A DNA stretch of 63,687 nucleotides, filler included. It is 7 parts of 7 records of this genome, joined end to end, with 100 filler letters (N's around TTAATTAATTAA, not from the genome) between each part and the next. Parts side by side here need not be neighbours in the genome. Positions count along the whole stretch, not along the records: positions 29,320 to 50,295 come from SRR22947725_1417; positions 50,396 to 57,989 come from SRR22947725_1420; positions 58,090 to 63,687 come from SRR22947725_1453; 4 more parts are not named here. One strand, written 5' to 3'. A program made the position numbers and the translations under genes. Shown here piece by piece: positions 49,626-58,662 of the stretch; the stretch's first letter is position 1, and every line of letters starts with the position of its first letter. The notes under the pieces are model-generated. The model saw nothing but the letters and a program-made list of their open reading frames with translations, had not been told where the DNA came from and did no database searches.

Positions 49626-50295
49626 TTATTTAATATTCTTTAACATTATTAATCTATTATTCTTAATTGTTCTTTTTATTTTTTTACCTATAATCTTGTT
49701 AAAATCATTGGGTGATATTCCTGTGCCAGGTCTTTTAAATAAAATATCACTTTTTTTAATTATTGTATTTTTTTTGAGTTCTCTAGCACTTACTAAACTT
49801 TTTCGAGCAACTTTTTGAACATTTTTTTCATCTTTTGAGAAATTTTTTCTCCTACTACCCAAAATTAATTCGAGTATACGAATTTTTTTTACTAAATTTT
49901 TTAACTCCAAAATTGTCATAGATGATTTATGATCTGGACCATTAAATTTTCTTGAAATCGTTACATGTTTTTCTATAATCTTTGCTCCTTTTGCAACCGC
50001 GGCTAGACTGGCTTCATCTCCTAATGAGTGGTCAGAATAACCCACTTCTTGATCAAATTTTTCTTTTATTGTATCGATAACGTTAAGATTTAAATATCTT
50101 TTTTCTGCAGGGTATGAACTAACACAGTGCATTATTGTAATATCTTTATTTCCATGTTTTTTTAATTTATTAATTGTGTTTTTAATTTCTTTAAATGAAG
50201 CCATGCCAGTAGATAAAAGAACTCTTTTCTTTTTTTTTGCAATATAATTAATCATATCAATTGAATTTATTTCACCAGATGGAATTTTAAAAAGG
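49626..50295 (-). CDS. neuB: Nonulosonate synthase (NeuB/LegI), 5'-truncated
   Basis: LSTGM, HC.S.YP, GYSDH, IEKH.T, GPDH, C-terminal SAF domain KRPG.GI. Confidence 0.93.
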
Positions 50296-50395
50296 NNNNN
50301 NNNNNNNNNNNNNNNNNNNNNNNNNNNNNNNNNNNNNNNTTAATTAATTAANNNNNNNNNNNNNNNNNNNNNNNNNNNNNNNNNNNNNNNNNNNN
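50296..50395. other. Artificial contig spacer
   Basis: N44-TTAATTAATTAA-N44. Confidence 0.99.
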
Positions 50396-50396
50396 T

Positions 50397-51209
50397 ATTT
50401 TTCAACCTGCTGAAGAAGGAGCTCCGGCTGGGGAGGAAGGGGGAGCTGAGTTAATGGTTAAGGAGGGTGTTTTAAAAAATCCTGATGTTGATGCAATCTT
50501 TGGTCTTCATATTTGGTCTCAAATTAGCGCTGGACAGGTTTACGTTAGACCTAAAGGTATAATGGCTGCAGTAAATGAATTTAGAATAGATATTGAAGGT
50601 GTTCAAACTCATGGGTCAACACCTTGGACAGGAGTAGATCCAATTGTTACTGCATCTCAAATGATAAACTCCATACAAACTATTGTAAGTAGAAACATGC
50701 CTTTAACTGAAGCTGCTGCCGTTGTTACCATTGGAAGTATTCATGGAGGAGTAAGAAGCAATATTATTCCCGAAAGTTTGTATATGTTAGGAACTATAAG
50801 AACACTTGATAATAAAATGAAGGAAGTTTTATTACAAAGGCTTGAAGAAATTGTTAAAAATATTGCTGAAGCTAATAATGCTAAAGCAAAAATAACATAT
50901 CAAGTTACTTATCCTATAACATATAATGATCCAGATTTGTATGAACAAATGTTACCATCCCTTAAAAGAATAAATGGCTCTGAAAATGTTAATTCAATGA
51001 ATGCTATTACTGGTGCAGAAGATTTTTCTTTTTTTCAAGAAAAAATTCCGGGAATTTATTTCTTTATTGGTGGAGCTAAAAAAGGTACAGATCCTCTTAA
51101 GGCGGCTCCTCATCATACACCTGATTTTTATGTTGACGATTCAGCTATGATTACAGGATTAAAATCAATGACAACTCTAGCATTAGATTATTTAAAAAAC
51201 AACAAATAA
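50397..51209 (+). CDS. M20D amidohydrolase, 5'-truncated
   Basis: IFQPAEEG, GLH, HG..PW.G.DP, AEDF, HH.PDF. Confidence 0.9.
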   Translation: MFQPAEEGAPAGEEGGAELMVKEGVLKNPDVDAIFGLHIWSQISAGQVYVRPKGIMAAVNEFRIDIEGVQTHGSTPWTGVDPIVTASQMINSIQTIVSRNMPLTEAAAVVTIGSIHGGVRSNIIPESLYMLGTIRTLDNKMKEVLLQRLEEIVKNIAEANNAKAKITYQVTYPITYNDPDLYEQMLPSLKRINGSENVNSMNAITGAEDFSFFQEKIPGIYFFIGGAKKGTDPLKAAPHHTPDFYVDDSAMITGLKSMTTLALDYLKNNK

Positions 51210-51272
51210 AAATAAATATTAGTTACTTTCATAATACTGTTTTAGTAATCTAAAAGTTTCTAGAATTTAATA

Positions 51273-51288
51273 GTTACTTAAAGGTAAC
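51273..51288. promoter_or_regulatory. Palindromic putative operator GTTAC-N6-GTAAC upstream of the pirin gene
   Basis: Inverted repeat in the intergenic region; a second AGTTACTT half-site near 51221. Confidence 0.4.
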
Positions 51289-51342
51289 AAGTTAATTTAT
51301 ACAACCAATTTTAGTAATATTGTAGATGTAAAAAAATTTAAT

Positions 51343-52095
51343 ATGTCAGTTTTAATTTTTAGTAAGCAAGACCAGGCTTCAGGAAACTTTAATAATGGTG
51401 AGATTTTGGAAAAAAAACCCATTGGATTCCTTCAAGATGGTGGAGAATTAAAGCCATATTCAAATTTATTTTATTGGGCAGATGCATGGACTCCCTCATT
51501 TAGAAGCACAATAGGTTTACATCCTCATCAAGGATTTGAGATATGTAGTTTTGTTATTGAGGGAAGTATAAAACATTTTGATTCACAACAGAACAAATGG
51601 ATTGAATTAAAAAAAGGAGATGCTCAGATTATTAGATCTGGAAATGGAATATCTCATGCAGAAGAAATTTTAGATAATTCTCGAATGTTTCAAATTTGGT
51701 TTGACCCAAATATTTCCAAAACAATTACACAACCTGCAACTTATAGTGATTATAAACATGCTTCTTTTCCTGTATTAAAAAAAGAAAAAATAAGTATTAC
51801 AACTATCAAAGGGAATGATTCTCCTTTTCAAATGGATTCAGAAGGAATAGAAATTTATGAAATTAAATATGATGATGGGCTTCATGAAATTAATTTAGAT
51901 TCTAAGAAGATTTATTCTTTTTTTATAAAACAAGGAAATCTTTTGCATGAAAATAAAAACCTAAATGAGGGTACTTTTATTAAAATTGAAAAAGAATCTA
52001 AATTTAATTTTAAGGCTAGTTCTGATTTAGAATTATTTGAAATTAGATCTCCTTTGAAACTCAGCTATTCTGCTTACTATCAGAGATTTAATTAA
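51343..52095 (+). CDS. Pirin family protein
   Basis: HPHQGFEI, G...H.DS, GISHAE, FQIW. Confidence 0.88.
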   Translation: MSVLIFSKQDQASGNFNNGEILEKKPIGFLQDGGELKPYSNLFYWADAWTPSFRSTIGLHPHQGFEICSFVIEGSIKHFDSQQNKWIELKKGDAQIIRSGNGISHAEEILDNSRMFQIWFDPNISKTITQPATYSDYKHASFPVLKKEKISITTIKGNDSPFQMDSEGIEIYEIKYDDGLHEINLDSKKIYSFFIKQGNLLHENKNLNEGTFIKIEKESKFNFKASSDLELFEIRSPLKLSYSAYYQRFN

Positions 52096-53708
52096 AATGG
52101 CTTAACTCTTAATCTGGTTTCTTTTTCAAAAGCATATCCGATCTGTAAAAGTTTGTTTTCAGTATAAGATTTTGAAATAAATGTTAAGTTAAAAGGTTTA
52201 CCATTTTTATTATAACCCATTGGAATAGTAAGGCAGGGATAATAGGCTCCGGCGGCGTAACCTGCGTGGTAATTATTTATAGAAATAATAGCATCCAATT
52301 TATGTTTTTTAATTGCTGTATTAAAATATTTCTTTCCCTCGGTTTTAATTCTGGTTTTGATTGAGGATATTTCATTAAATTTAGTAGAATCACTAATAAT
52401 AGATTTAAAAATTCCTTGTCCATAAGGTGCTCTATTTAATGAATCTTTCTTATTAAATTCAATAATATCATTTACACTTTTAAAAGAAATATTGTTGTTT
52501 TTAAAATACACGGGAAGATCATTTTTCATGTCATAGTCAAGAATCTTTCTAAAACCGTTAAAATTAATTTGAGGTGGATTGAATTTTATAATAGCCCCTC
52601 CCAATTTTTCAATTTTATTTACTGCATTTAAATAAAGAGAATCATTTAAAAATTCATTAAATACTCCAAAACGTTTTCCTTTCAATGAGGAACTAACTAT
52701 AGATTCTAAATCAATGTCTACATTATTTACTGACATAGAATCATTATCATCAAATCCAGAAATCGCTTTTAAAACTATTGCGTTGTCAATTACGTTTTTT
52801 GTCATAGGTCCAGGAGTATCTAACGTACTAGATATTGGTACTATTCCTGATCTACTTACTAGACCAATAGTGGGTTTTAGACCTACAATGGAATTTGCTG
52901 AAGAGGGAGATAATATAGAACCCGACGTTTCGGAGCCTAATGAAACACTAGAGAAATTTGCAGAGATAGCAGCTCCACTACCTGAACTTGATCCACCAGA
53001 GTCAAAAATCTTTCTTCCATATGGATTTAAAGTTTGTCCCCCTAAAGCACTGTAACCCGAAGGACAGTTATTACAGAAATAGTATGCCCATTCACTAAGG
53101 TTAGTTTTACCAAGTATTAAAGCTCCATTTTCTTTTAATTTGTCTACAACAAAAGCATTTTTAGACATATTGTTATTTAAAGCAAATGATCCGGCTGTAG
53201 TGGCTAAACCTTCATAATTAATATTGTCCTTTAAAAGAACTGGAATTCCATGTAATGAATAAATAGATTCAGGTTTTATTTTGTCTTTTTCTCTAGCCTC
53301 ATTTATTATGTTTTGATTAATACTTATAATTGAATTTAAATATTGATTTTTATTAAACTCAATAGATTTTATTCTGTATAAATAGAACAATACCAATTTT
53401 TCATAAGTAAGTTTTTCATCTAAAATGCTTGTTTGAATTTCAGGAATACTTTTTTCAATTATTAATGGTTTAAGAAAATTGTATTCTTTTTCACTGAATT
53501 CGATTAAATCCTTATTAATATTTTTAAACCAATCGTTTTTAACTTCATATTTAGATTGAATTAATTTGAATTGCATTCTTTTATTAGCATGACTTTTGCT
53601 TTGTCTAATCTCATTAGATTCATCATAATTTTGCCACGAAATAGGATTATTACAGCCTATGAATACAGATATAAATAAAAATAAAATCGTTTTCTTCATT
53701 ATTTTCAT
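52092..53708 (-). CDS. Amidase-signature family lipoprotein
   Basis: Lipobox FIGC; LHGIPVLLKDNI, GK.NLSEWA, GGSSSGSG, G.ETSGSI.SP. Confidence 0.9.
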   Translation of the reverse strand: MKIMKKTILFLFISVFIGCNNPISWQNYDESNEIRQSKSHANKRMQFKLIQSKYEVKNDWFKNINKDLIEFSEKEYNFLKPLIIEKSIPEIQTSILDEKLTYEKLVLFYLYRIKSIEFNKNQYLNSIISINQNIINEAREKDKIKPESIYSLHGIPVLLKDNINYEGLATTAGSFALNNNMSKNAFVVDKLKENGALILGKTNLSEWAYYFCNNCPSGYSALGGQTLNPYGRKIFDSGGSSSGSGAAISANFSSVSLGSETSGSILSPSSANSIVGLKPTIGLVSRSGIVPISSTLDTPGPMTKNVIDNAIVLKAISGFDDNDSMSVNNVDIDLESIVSSSLKGKRFGVFNEFLNDSLYLNAVNKIEKLGGAIIKFNPPQINFNGFRKILDYDMKNDLPVYFKNNNISFKSVNDIIEFNKKDSLNRAPYGQGIFKSIISDSTKFNEISSIKTRIKTEGKKYFNTAIKKHKLDAIISINNYHAGYAAGAYYPCLTIPMGYNKNGKPFNLTFISKSYTENKLLQIGYAFEKETRLRVKPF

Positions 53709-54976
53709 ATAATATTTATCAAATTTTCCATTCTCATTCCTCTTGAGCCTTTAATAAGAATATATTTTGAAGTTATTGGAAACTTTTTAATATGTTTATT
53801 TACTTCATCCTTAGTTTTATAAAAAAAAGGAATTTCAAACTTATCTTTTTGTTTAAAAAATTCATTTCCGATTAAAAAAATATTTTCAAAATTATTTTTT
53901 ACACAAAAATCAATCAAGTCATGGTGTTCTTTTTCAGATTGATTTCCTAGTTCAAACATATCTCCTAAAATAACTGATTTCTTACCCTGTTTTTCTATTA
54001 AAGAATTTATTGCAGAAATCATACTTGTAGGGTTAGCGTTATAGGCATCTAGTATAATTAATTTATTATTTTTTTCTATTATTTGAGATCTGTTGTTTAA
54101 TGGAATATAATTAGATATCGCTTCTTTTATTTTTTCAATTGAAATATTGAAATAAAGGCCTATAGATGTAGCAAATGCTATATTATGATAATTATAATTC
54201 CCTGTAAGTTTCGAATCTACTATAAAGTCGTTATAATTCAGACCAGCATAATTAGTGTCTTTAACTTCTTTGAATATATAATTAGATTTAACTTCACTAC
54301 TAAAACTTATTTTATTGCCAACAAATTGATTTTGTACGGGATCATCATTATTTATAAATGCTTTTTTATTGTTGTTAATTAGAAAATCATATAACTCGCT
54401 TTTTCCTTTTATTACGCCTTCAATACTACCGAAACCTTCTAAATGAGCTTTGCCAAAATTTGTTATCAATCCAAAATCTGGATTAATTAAATCTGTTAGT
54501 AGTTTAATTTCGTTTAGATGATTTGCTCCCATTTCAACTATAGCAATTTCTGTATTCTGCTTAATTCTTAAGAGAGTTAGAGGAACTCCAATGTGGTTGT
54601 TTAAATTTCCAATTGTTGAAATGATTTTGTATTTCTTTTTTAATACTTCACTTATTAATTCTTTTGTAGTGGTTTTTCCATTACTTCCAGTGAGTGCAAT
54701 TATTTTGGTTTTTAAAAGTTTGGACCTGTGAAATTTGGATAAATCTTGTAAGGATTTTAAAACATTTTTGACTTTAATAAATTTTGGATTGTTTAATGAT
54801 TGGTCATCAACAACTGCATAACTAGCACCATTTTTGATTGCTTCTTCTGCAAATTTGTTTCCATCGAAATTTTCTCCTTTTAAAGCAAAAAATATTGAAC
54901 CTTTATTAATTAGTCGAGTGTCAGTAGAAACTGAACTTGATTCTTTAAAATATTTATAAAGTTCTGACGAAATCAT
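53705..54976 (-). CDS. murF: UDP-MurNAc-tripeptide:D-Ala-D-Ala ligase
   Basis: TDTR, TGSNGKTTTKE, NNHIGVP, EMGANH, DAYNANP.SM, GDM.ELG, KGSR. Confidence 0.96.
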   Translation of the reverse strand: MISSELYKYFKESSSVSTDTRLINKGSIFFALKGENFDGNKFAEEAIKNGASYAVVDDQSLNNPKFIKVKNVLKSLQDLSKFHRSKLLKTKIIALTGSNGKTTTKELISEVLKKKYKIISTIGNLNNHIGVPLTLLRIKQNTEIAIVEMGANHLNEIKLLTDLINPDFGLITNFGKAHLEGFGSIEGVIKGKSELYDFLINNNKKAFINNDDPVQNQFVGNKISFSSEVKSNYIFKEVKDTNYAGLNYNDFIVDSKLTGNYNYHNIAFATSIGLYFNISIEKIKEAISNYIPLNNRSQIIEKNNKLIILDAYNANPTSMISAINSLIEKQGKKSVILGDMFELGNQSEKEHHDLIDFCVKNNFENIFLIGNEFFKQKDKFEIPFFYKTKDEVNKHIKKFPITSKYILIKGSRGMRMENLINII

Positions 54977-55022
54977 CAGTTAAATATAATAAAATACAAA
55001 AGAAAAGATATGAGTAATTAAT

Positions 55023-56594
55023 TTATCTTTTTCTTGATTTTTTAGTATTTCTTACTTCACCTAAATAAGACATTGCACATCTAAATCCAATAAAGTTTGA
55101 ACTCATAGATTCTAGCTGATATCTTCTTTGTGCAGGATCAAGATAGTATGCTCTGTCCAACCACGAACCACCTTTGTAAACTCTTGCCTTATCACTAATT
55201 AGCGTTGTAGGTTCGAGCTTAGGGTTATTTAAATCAGGAGAATTATACATTTGGGATTTTCCTGATGAACTAAGGTAATCTCTTGTTGATTTTAAGTCAC
55301 CATCATTAAAATTTCTGTTATCACTCTTGGAATAATTCAATCTATCTATATCTTCTTCATTGAGAACTTCCTCAACAATCGATCCAGGTAAATTTTGTGC
55401 AGAAATTGAATCAGTATTTTTTGTAATTAATACTTTTCCATCTTCTCCAATTTTTGGATTGAAATATTGATTTCCTCTATAATAACTAATATCATTCATC
55501 TCCTCATCAATAATAGGTCTATAAACATCAGCAACCCATTCAGCAACATTTCCAGCCATCCCATAAATTCCAAAATCATTTGCAGGATATGATTTAACTG
55601 ATGTTGTAATTCCAGAACCTGATTCGGACCAACCTGCAATACCTCCATAGTCACCGTCTGATAATTTAAAATTTGCTAGTTGATCACCTTGATTTTTTCT
55701 CTTACCGGATCTAGTATACTCTCCGCTCCATGGAAATTTCTTTTTACCTCGGTATAAGTTCATTTCTGAAATTTCACTTAAAGCAAGAGCAGCATATTCC
55801 CACTCTGTTTCTGTAGGAAGTCTGTATTCAGGAAGTAATAATCCACTTTCTCTTTTGACATTATTATAAATTATTTCTCCATCTTCATTAGTTTCAGTCT
55901 GTTTACTGTCTGCCATTTCGTATATTTTTCCACCGAAAGATTCCCCAGGGTTTAAAAAATAAGCTTTAGTATTAAAAGAATATCCATTTACTAAACTATC
56001 AGGATGTATTGATTCAGGTCTTAAATATCCATTTTCAACTAATATTCTTTCATTTACTCTGTCTGTTCTCCATTTAGCAAAATTAGTAGCTTGTTTCCAA
56101 CTTACACCAACTACAGGATGATTTTCAAATGCTGGATGTCTTAAATAATTATTTACCATATCTTCATTGAAACCAAGTGGATTTCTCCATACTAAGGTGT
56201 CCGGAAGAGCAGCTTTATATATATTAGGGTAATCTTTTGAAAAAACTTTATTCATCCAAAATAAATATTCAACATACATTGAATTTGTAACTTCAGTTTC
56301 ATCTATAAAAAAGGATCTTACATATTGTTGAGTTGGACTATTGTTCCAATCGTGCATTACGTTGTCTTTTACATTACCTTTTGTAAATGTTCCTCCTTCA
56401 ACAAAAACTAATCCAGGGCCAGTTTGCTGCCCTTTAAATGATTTATTGTTTTTGTATCCACCGTCTTTAGTGCTGATTTTCCATCCAGTTGCGTTAGAGA
56501 TATTTCTGTTATTTTTAAAAGGATTGTTATTACAACCTATTATTGAAATAAGAATAAAAAGTAAAAAAGATTTTAAGACTATGTTAAATTTCAT
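55023..56594 (-). CDS. gldJ: Gliding motility lipoprotein GldJ (FGE-sulfatase fold)
   Basis: Lipobox IIGC; ATGW, GPGLVFVEGGTF, V.HDWNN.P, PDTLVWR, RLPTE.EWEYAA, MAGNVAEWV; upstream of murF as in Flavobacteria. Confidence 0.9.
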   Translation of the reverse strand: MKFNIVLKSFLLFILISIIGCNNNPFKNNRNISNATGWKISTKDGGYKNNKSFKGQQTGPGLVFVEGGTFTKGNVKDNVMHDWNNSPTQQYVRSFFIDETEVTNSMYVEYLFWMNKVFSKDYPNIYKAALPDTLVWRNPLGFNEDMVNNYLRHPAFENHPVVGVSWKQATNFAKWRTDRVNERILVENGYLRPESIHPDSLVNGYSFNTKAYFLNPGESFGGKIYEMADSKQTETNEDGEIIYNNVKRESGLLLPEYRLPTETEWEYAALALSEISEMNLYRGKKKFPWSGEYTRSGKRKNQGDQLANFKLSDGDYGGIAGWSESGSGITTSVKSYPANDFGIYGMAGNVAEWVADVYRPIIDEEMNDISYYRGNQYFNPKIGEDGKVLITKNTDSISAQNLPGSIVEEVLNEEDIDRLNYSKSDNRNFNDGDLKSTRDYLSSSGKSQMYNSPDLNNPKLEPTTLISDKARVYKGGSWLDRAYYLDPAQRRYQLESMSSNFIGFRCAMSYLGEVRNTKKSRKR

Positions 56595-56662
56595 ATGATA
56601 TACTTTTTTGTGCAATATAGTAAATTGTTTAAAAAAATAATTATTCATTAATAATCATTATT

Positions 56663-56670
56663 TATATTTG
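56663..56670 (+). promoter_or_regulatory. Bacteroidetes -7 promoter element (TAnnTTTG) ahead of porV
   Basis: TATATTTG ending 6 nt before the ATG at 56677. Confidence 0.5.
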
Positions 56671-56676
56671 TATTTT

Positions 56677-57810
56677 ATGCACAATTTCAAGGGTTACAGT
56701 ATTTTTATTTTAGTAATTTTATTTAATTCAAACCTGTACTCACAGGATAGAAGGGTTATTACAACAGCCGTGCCATTCTTGATGATTTCTGCCGATGCAA
56801 GAGCTTCAGGACTTGGTGAACAAGGTGTCGCAACATCTCCTGATGCATTTTCTCAGCATTGGAATCCTGCTAAATATGTTTTTTTAGATAATAAGTCTGG
56901 GGTCGGGGTTAGTTACACACCTTACTTAAGTAAATTAGTTAGTGATGTTTTTTTAGCAAATATTAACTACTACAATATCATTGACGATAGAAGTTCTTGG
57001 TCAACTAGTTTTAAATATTTTAGTTTAGGAGATATTGATATTCTTCAAAACCCTCAGGATATTCCTTATTTAGAAAATCCAAATGAGTTTACTTTAGACG
57101 CTTCATATATATTAAAATTGAGTGACTATTTTTCAATGGGTGTAACTGGAAGGTTTTTAATGTCAGACGTAAAATTACAAAGCGTCAGCTCAGATTCAAG
57201 CTCTGCAAACTCATTTGCAGTTGATATTTCAGGATTTTATCAATCTGAAGAAAGAGCTTATGAAAATTTTAATGGATTATGGAGATTTGGATTTAACATT
57301 TCCAATTTAGGGCCCAAAATGAAATATGAAGAACTCGGTAAGGAAAATTTTATTCCTACAAATTTAAAGCTAGGTTCTGCATTTGATTTTATTTTTGATT
57401 CGTCTAATAAACTTTCAATAAATCTTGAGTTTAATAAACTTTTAGTCCCTTCTCCTAGTATCCCAATATTAAACACCAATAATCAAATAATTGGTTACAA
57501 TCAGGCCGATGTAAATTTTTTATCCGGTTTATTTAAATCATTTGGAGATGCGCCAGATGGTTTTAGCGAAGAATTAAAGGAAATAACTCTTGCTTTGGGT
57601 CTTGAATACACTTATGATGATTCTTTTGCTCTTAGAATTGGTTATTTTGGAGAAAATGAAAACAAGGGGGCTAGAAAGTATGTAACGTTTGGAACTGGTT
57701 TTAAATTAGAGGATATTAATTTAGATTTATCTTATCTTTTGTCTACCTCTAATGTGATAAGTCCGTTAGAAAACACGCTGAGATTCTCTTTTACATATAA
57801 TTTTAAGTAA
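56677..57810 (+). CDS. porV: Type IX secretion outer-membrane shuttle PorV
   Basis: Signal peptide; ITTAVPFL.I.ADARA.G.G..GVAT..D..SQ.WNPAK, SYTP.L, KG.RK, PLENTLRFS. Confidence 0.92.
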   Translation: MHNFKGYSIFILVILFNSNLYSQDRRVITTAVPFLMISADARASGLGEQGVATSPDAFSQHWNPAKYVFLDNKSGVGVSYTPYLSKLVSDVFLANINYYNIIDDRSSWSTSFKYFSLGDIDILQNPQDIPYLENPNEFTLDASYILKLSDYFSMGVTGRFLMSDVKLQSVSSDSSSANSFAVDISGFYQSEERAYENFNGLWRFGFNISNLGPKMKYEELGKENFIPTNLKLGSAFDFIFDSSNKLSINLEFNKLLVPSPSIPILNTNNQIIGYNQADVNFLSGLFKSFGDAPDGFSEELKEITLALGLEYTYDDSFALRIGYFGENENKGARKYVTFGTGFKLEDINLDLSYLLSTSNVISPLENTLRFSFTYNFK

Positions 57811-57917
57811 ATCAATATTTTTAATTTTATTTATAATCTATTAATTAGATACATTAACTTTACAAAAAAATAAATAATTCGAAGTATAAGTAAGAATTAT
57901 AAAATAGAATTTATTAA

Positions 57918-57989
57918 ATGAAAGAAATAACGAAGGAAACTTATTTGAAATGGTATGAGGACATGCTGTTTTGGAGAAAGTTTGAAGAT
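57918..57989 (+). CDS. pdhA: Pyruvate dehydrogenase E1 alpha, 5' fragment
   Basis: Manual translation MKEITKETYLKWYEDMLFWRKFED, a typical flavobacterial PdhA N-terminus; pdhA usually lies downstream of porV. Confidence 0.75.
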
Positions 57990-58089
57990 NNNNNNNNNNN
58001 NNNNNNNNNNNNNNNNNNNNNNNNNNNNNNNNNTTAATTAATTAANNNNNNNNNNNNNNNNNNNNNNNNNNNNNNNNNNNNNNNNNNNN
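57990..58089. other. Artificial contig spacer
   Basis: N44-TTAATTAATTAA-N44. Confidence 0.99.
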
Positions 58090-58390
58090 CTAGGGTGGCT
58101 GCTGACCGCGATCCCAATGCTGCAACCAAACTTCCAACAATAAAAACACTGAGACCCGCAACGAGCATTGGCTTGCGGCCAAATCGATCGGAGAGATAGC
58201 CGTAGGGCACTTGTAGCAAAGCTTGGAACAAACCATAGATCCCGAGGGTGAGCCCTATCAACATAGGACCACTGCCATAGAGCTTGCTCGCAGCCAGGGT
58301 AAAAACAGGCAAAATGCTGAACAAGCCCAACATTCGAACGAAGTACAAAAGGCTTACAATGGCGGCCGTCGTTCGTTCTGATGTGTTCAT
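58090..58390 (-). CDS. YajR-like MFS transporter, 5' part
   Basis: RMLGLF..LPV, GIYGL.QA.LQ.P.G.LSDR.GRKP; divergent from uvrA as in gammaproteobacteria. Confidence 0.85.
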
Positions 58391-58662
58391 GGATCTCACT
58401 TAAGGACAATCTGATCTTTGCGAAATGACGTTCAAACCCTTAGTATCGCTACCAGCTCATTAGTTGCCATCAAGAAGCGCTGAAGGACCCTCATCATATA
58501 GCCGCTAAAACGGTCGCAGCGTCTGTTTTTGCGATGCATAGACTGGGCGAAAGATGATAGCAGGGTTTGCGATTACTCGCACGAATCAGCGCCTCGCCTT
58601 GCCTTATTGTGAGACAACGCCGCACCCAAAAGCAGCATAATGATTACCTCGGGATGTCGACC

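Noticed and set aside
9826-58089. Six recurring TTAATTAATTAA elements as a repeat family
   Set aside because: Identical N44-linker-N44 blocks are artificial concatenation spacers; ORFs ending in X...LIN are artefacts of them
58090-58116. MFS sequence diverging from the family consensus after a GATC site at the contig edge
   Set aside because: Too short to interpret; likely a low-quality or chimeric contig end
58400-58662. LexA SOS box upstream of uvrA
   Set aside because: No CTGT-N8-ACAG match found by eye
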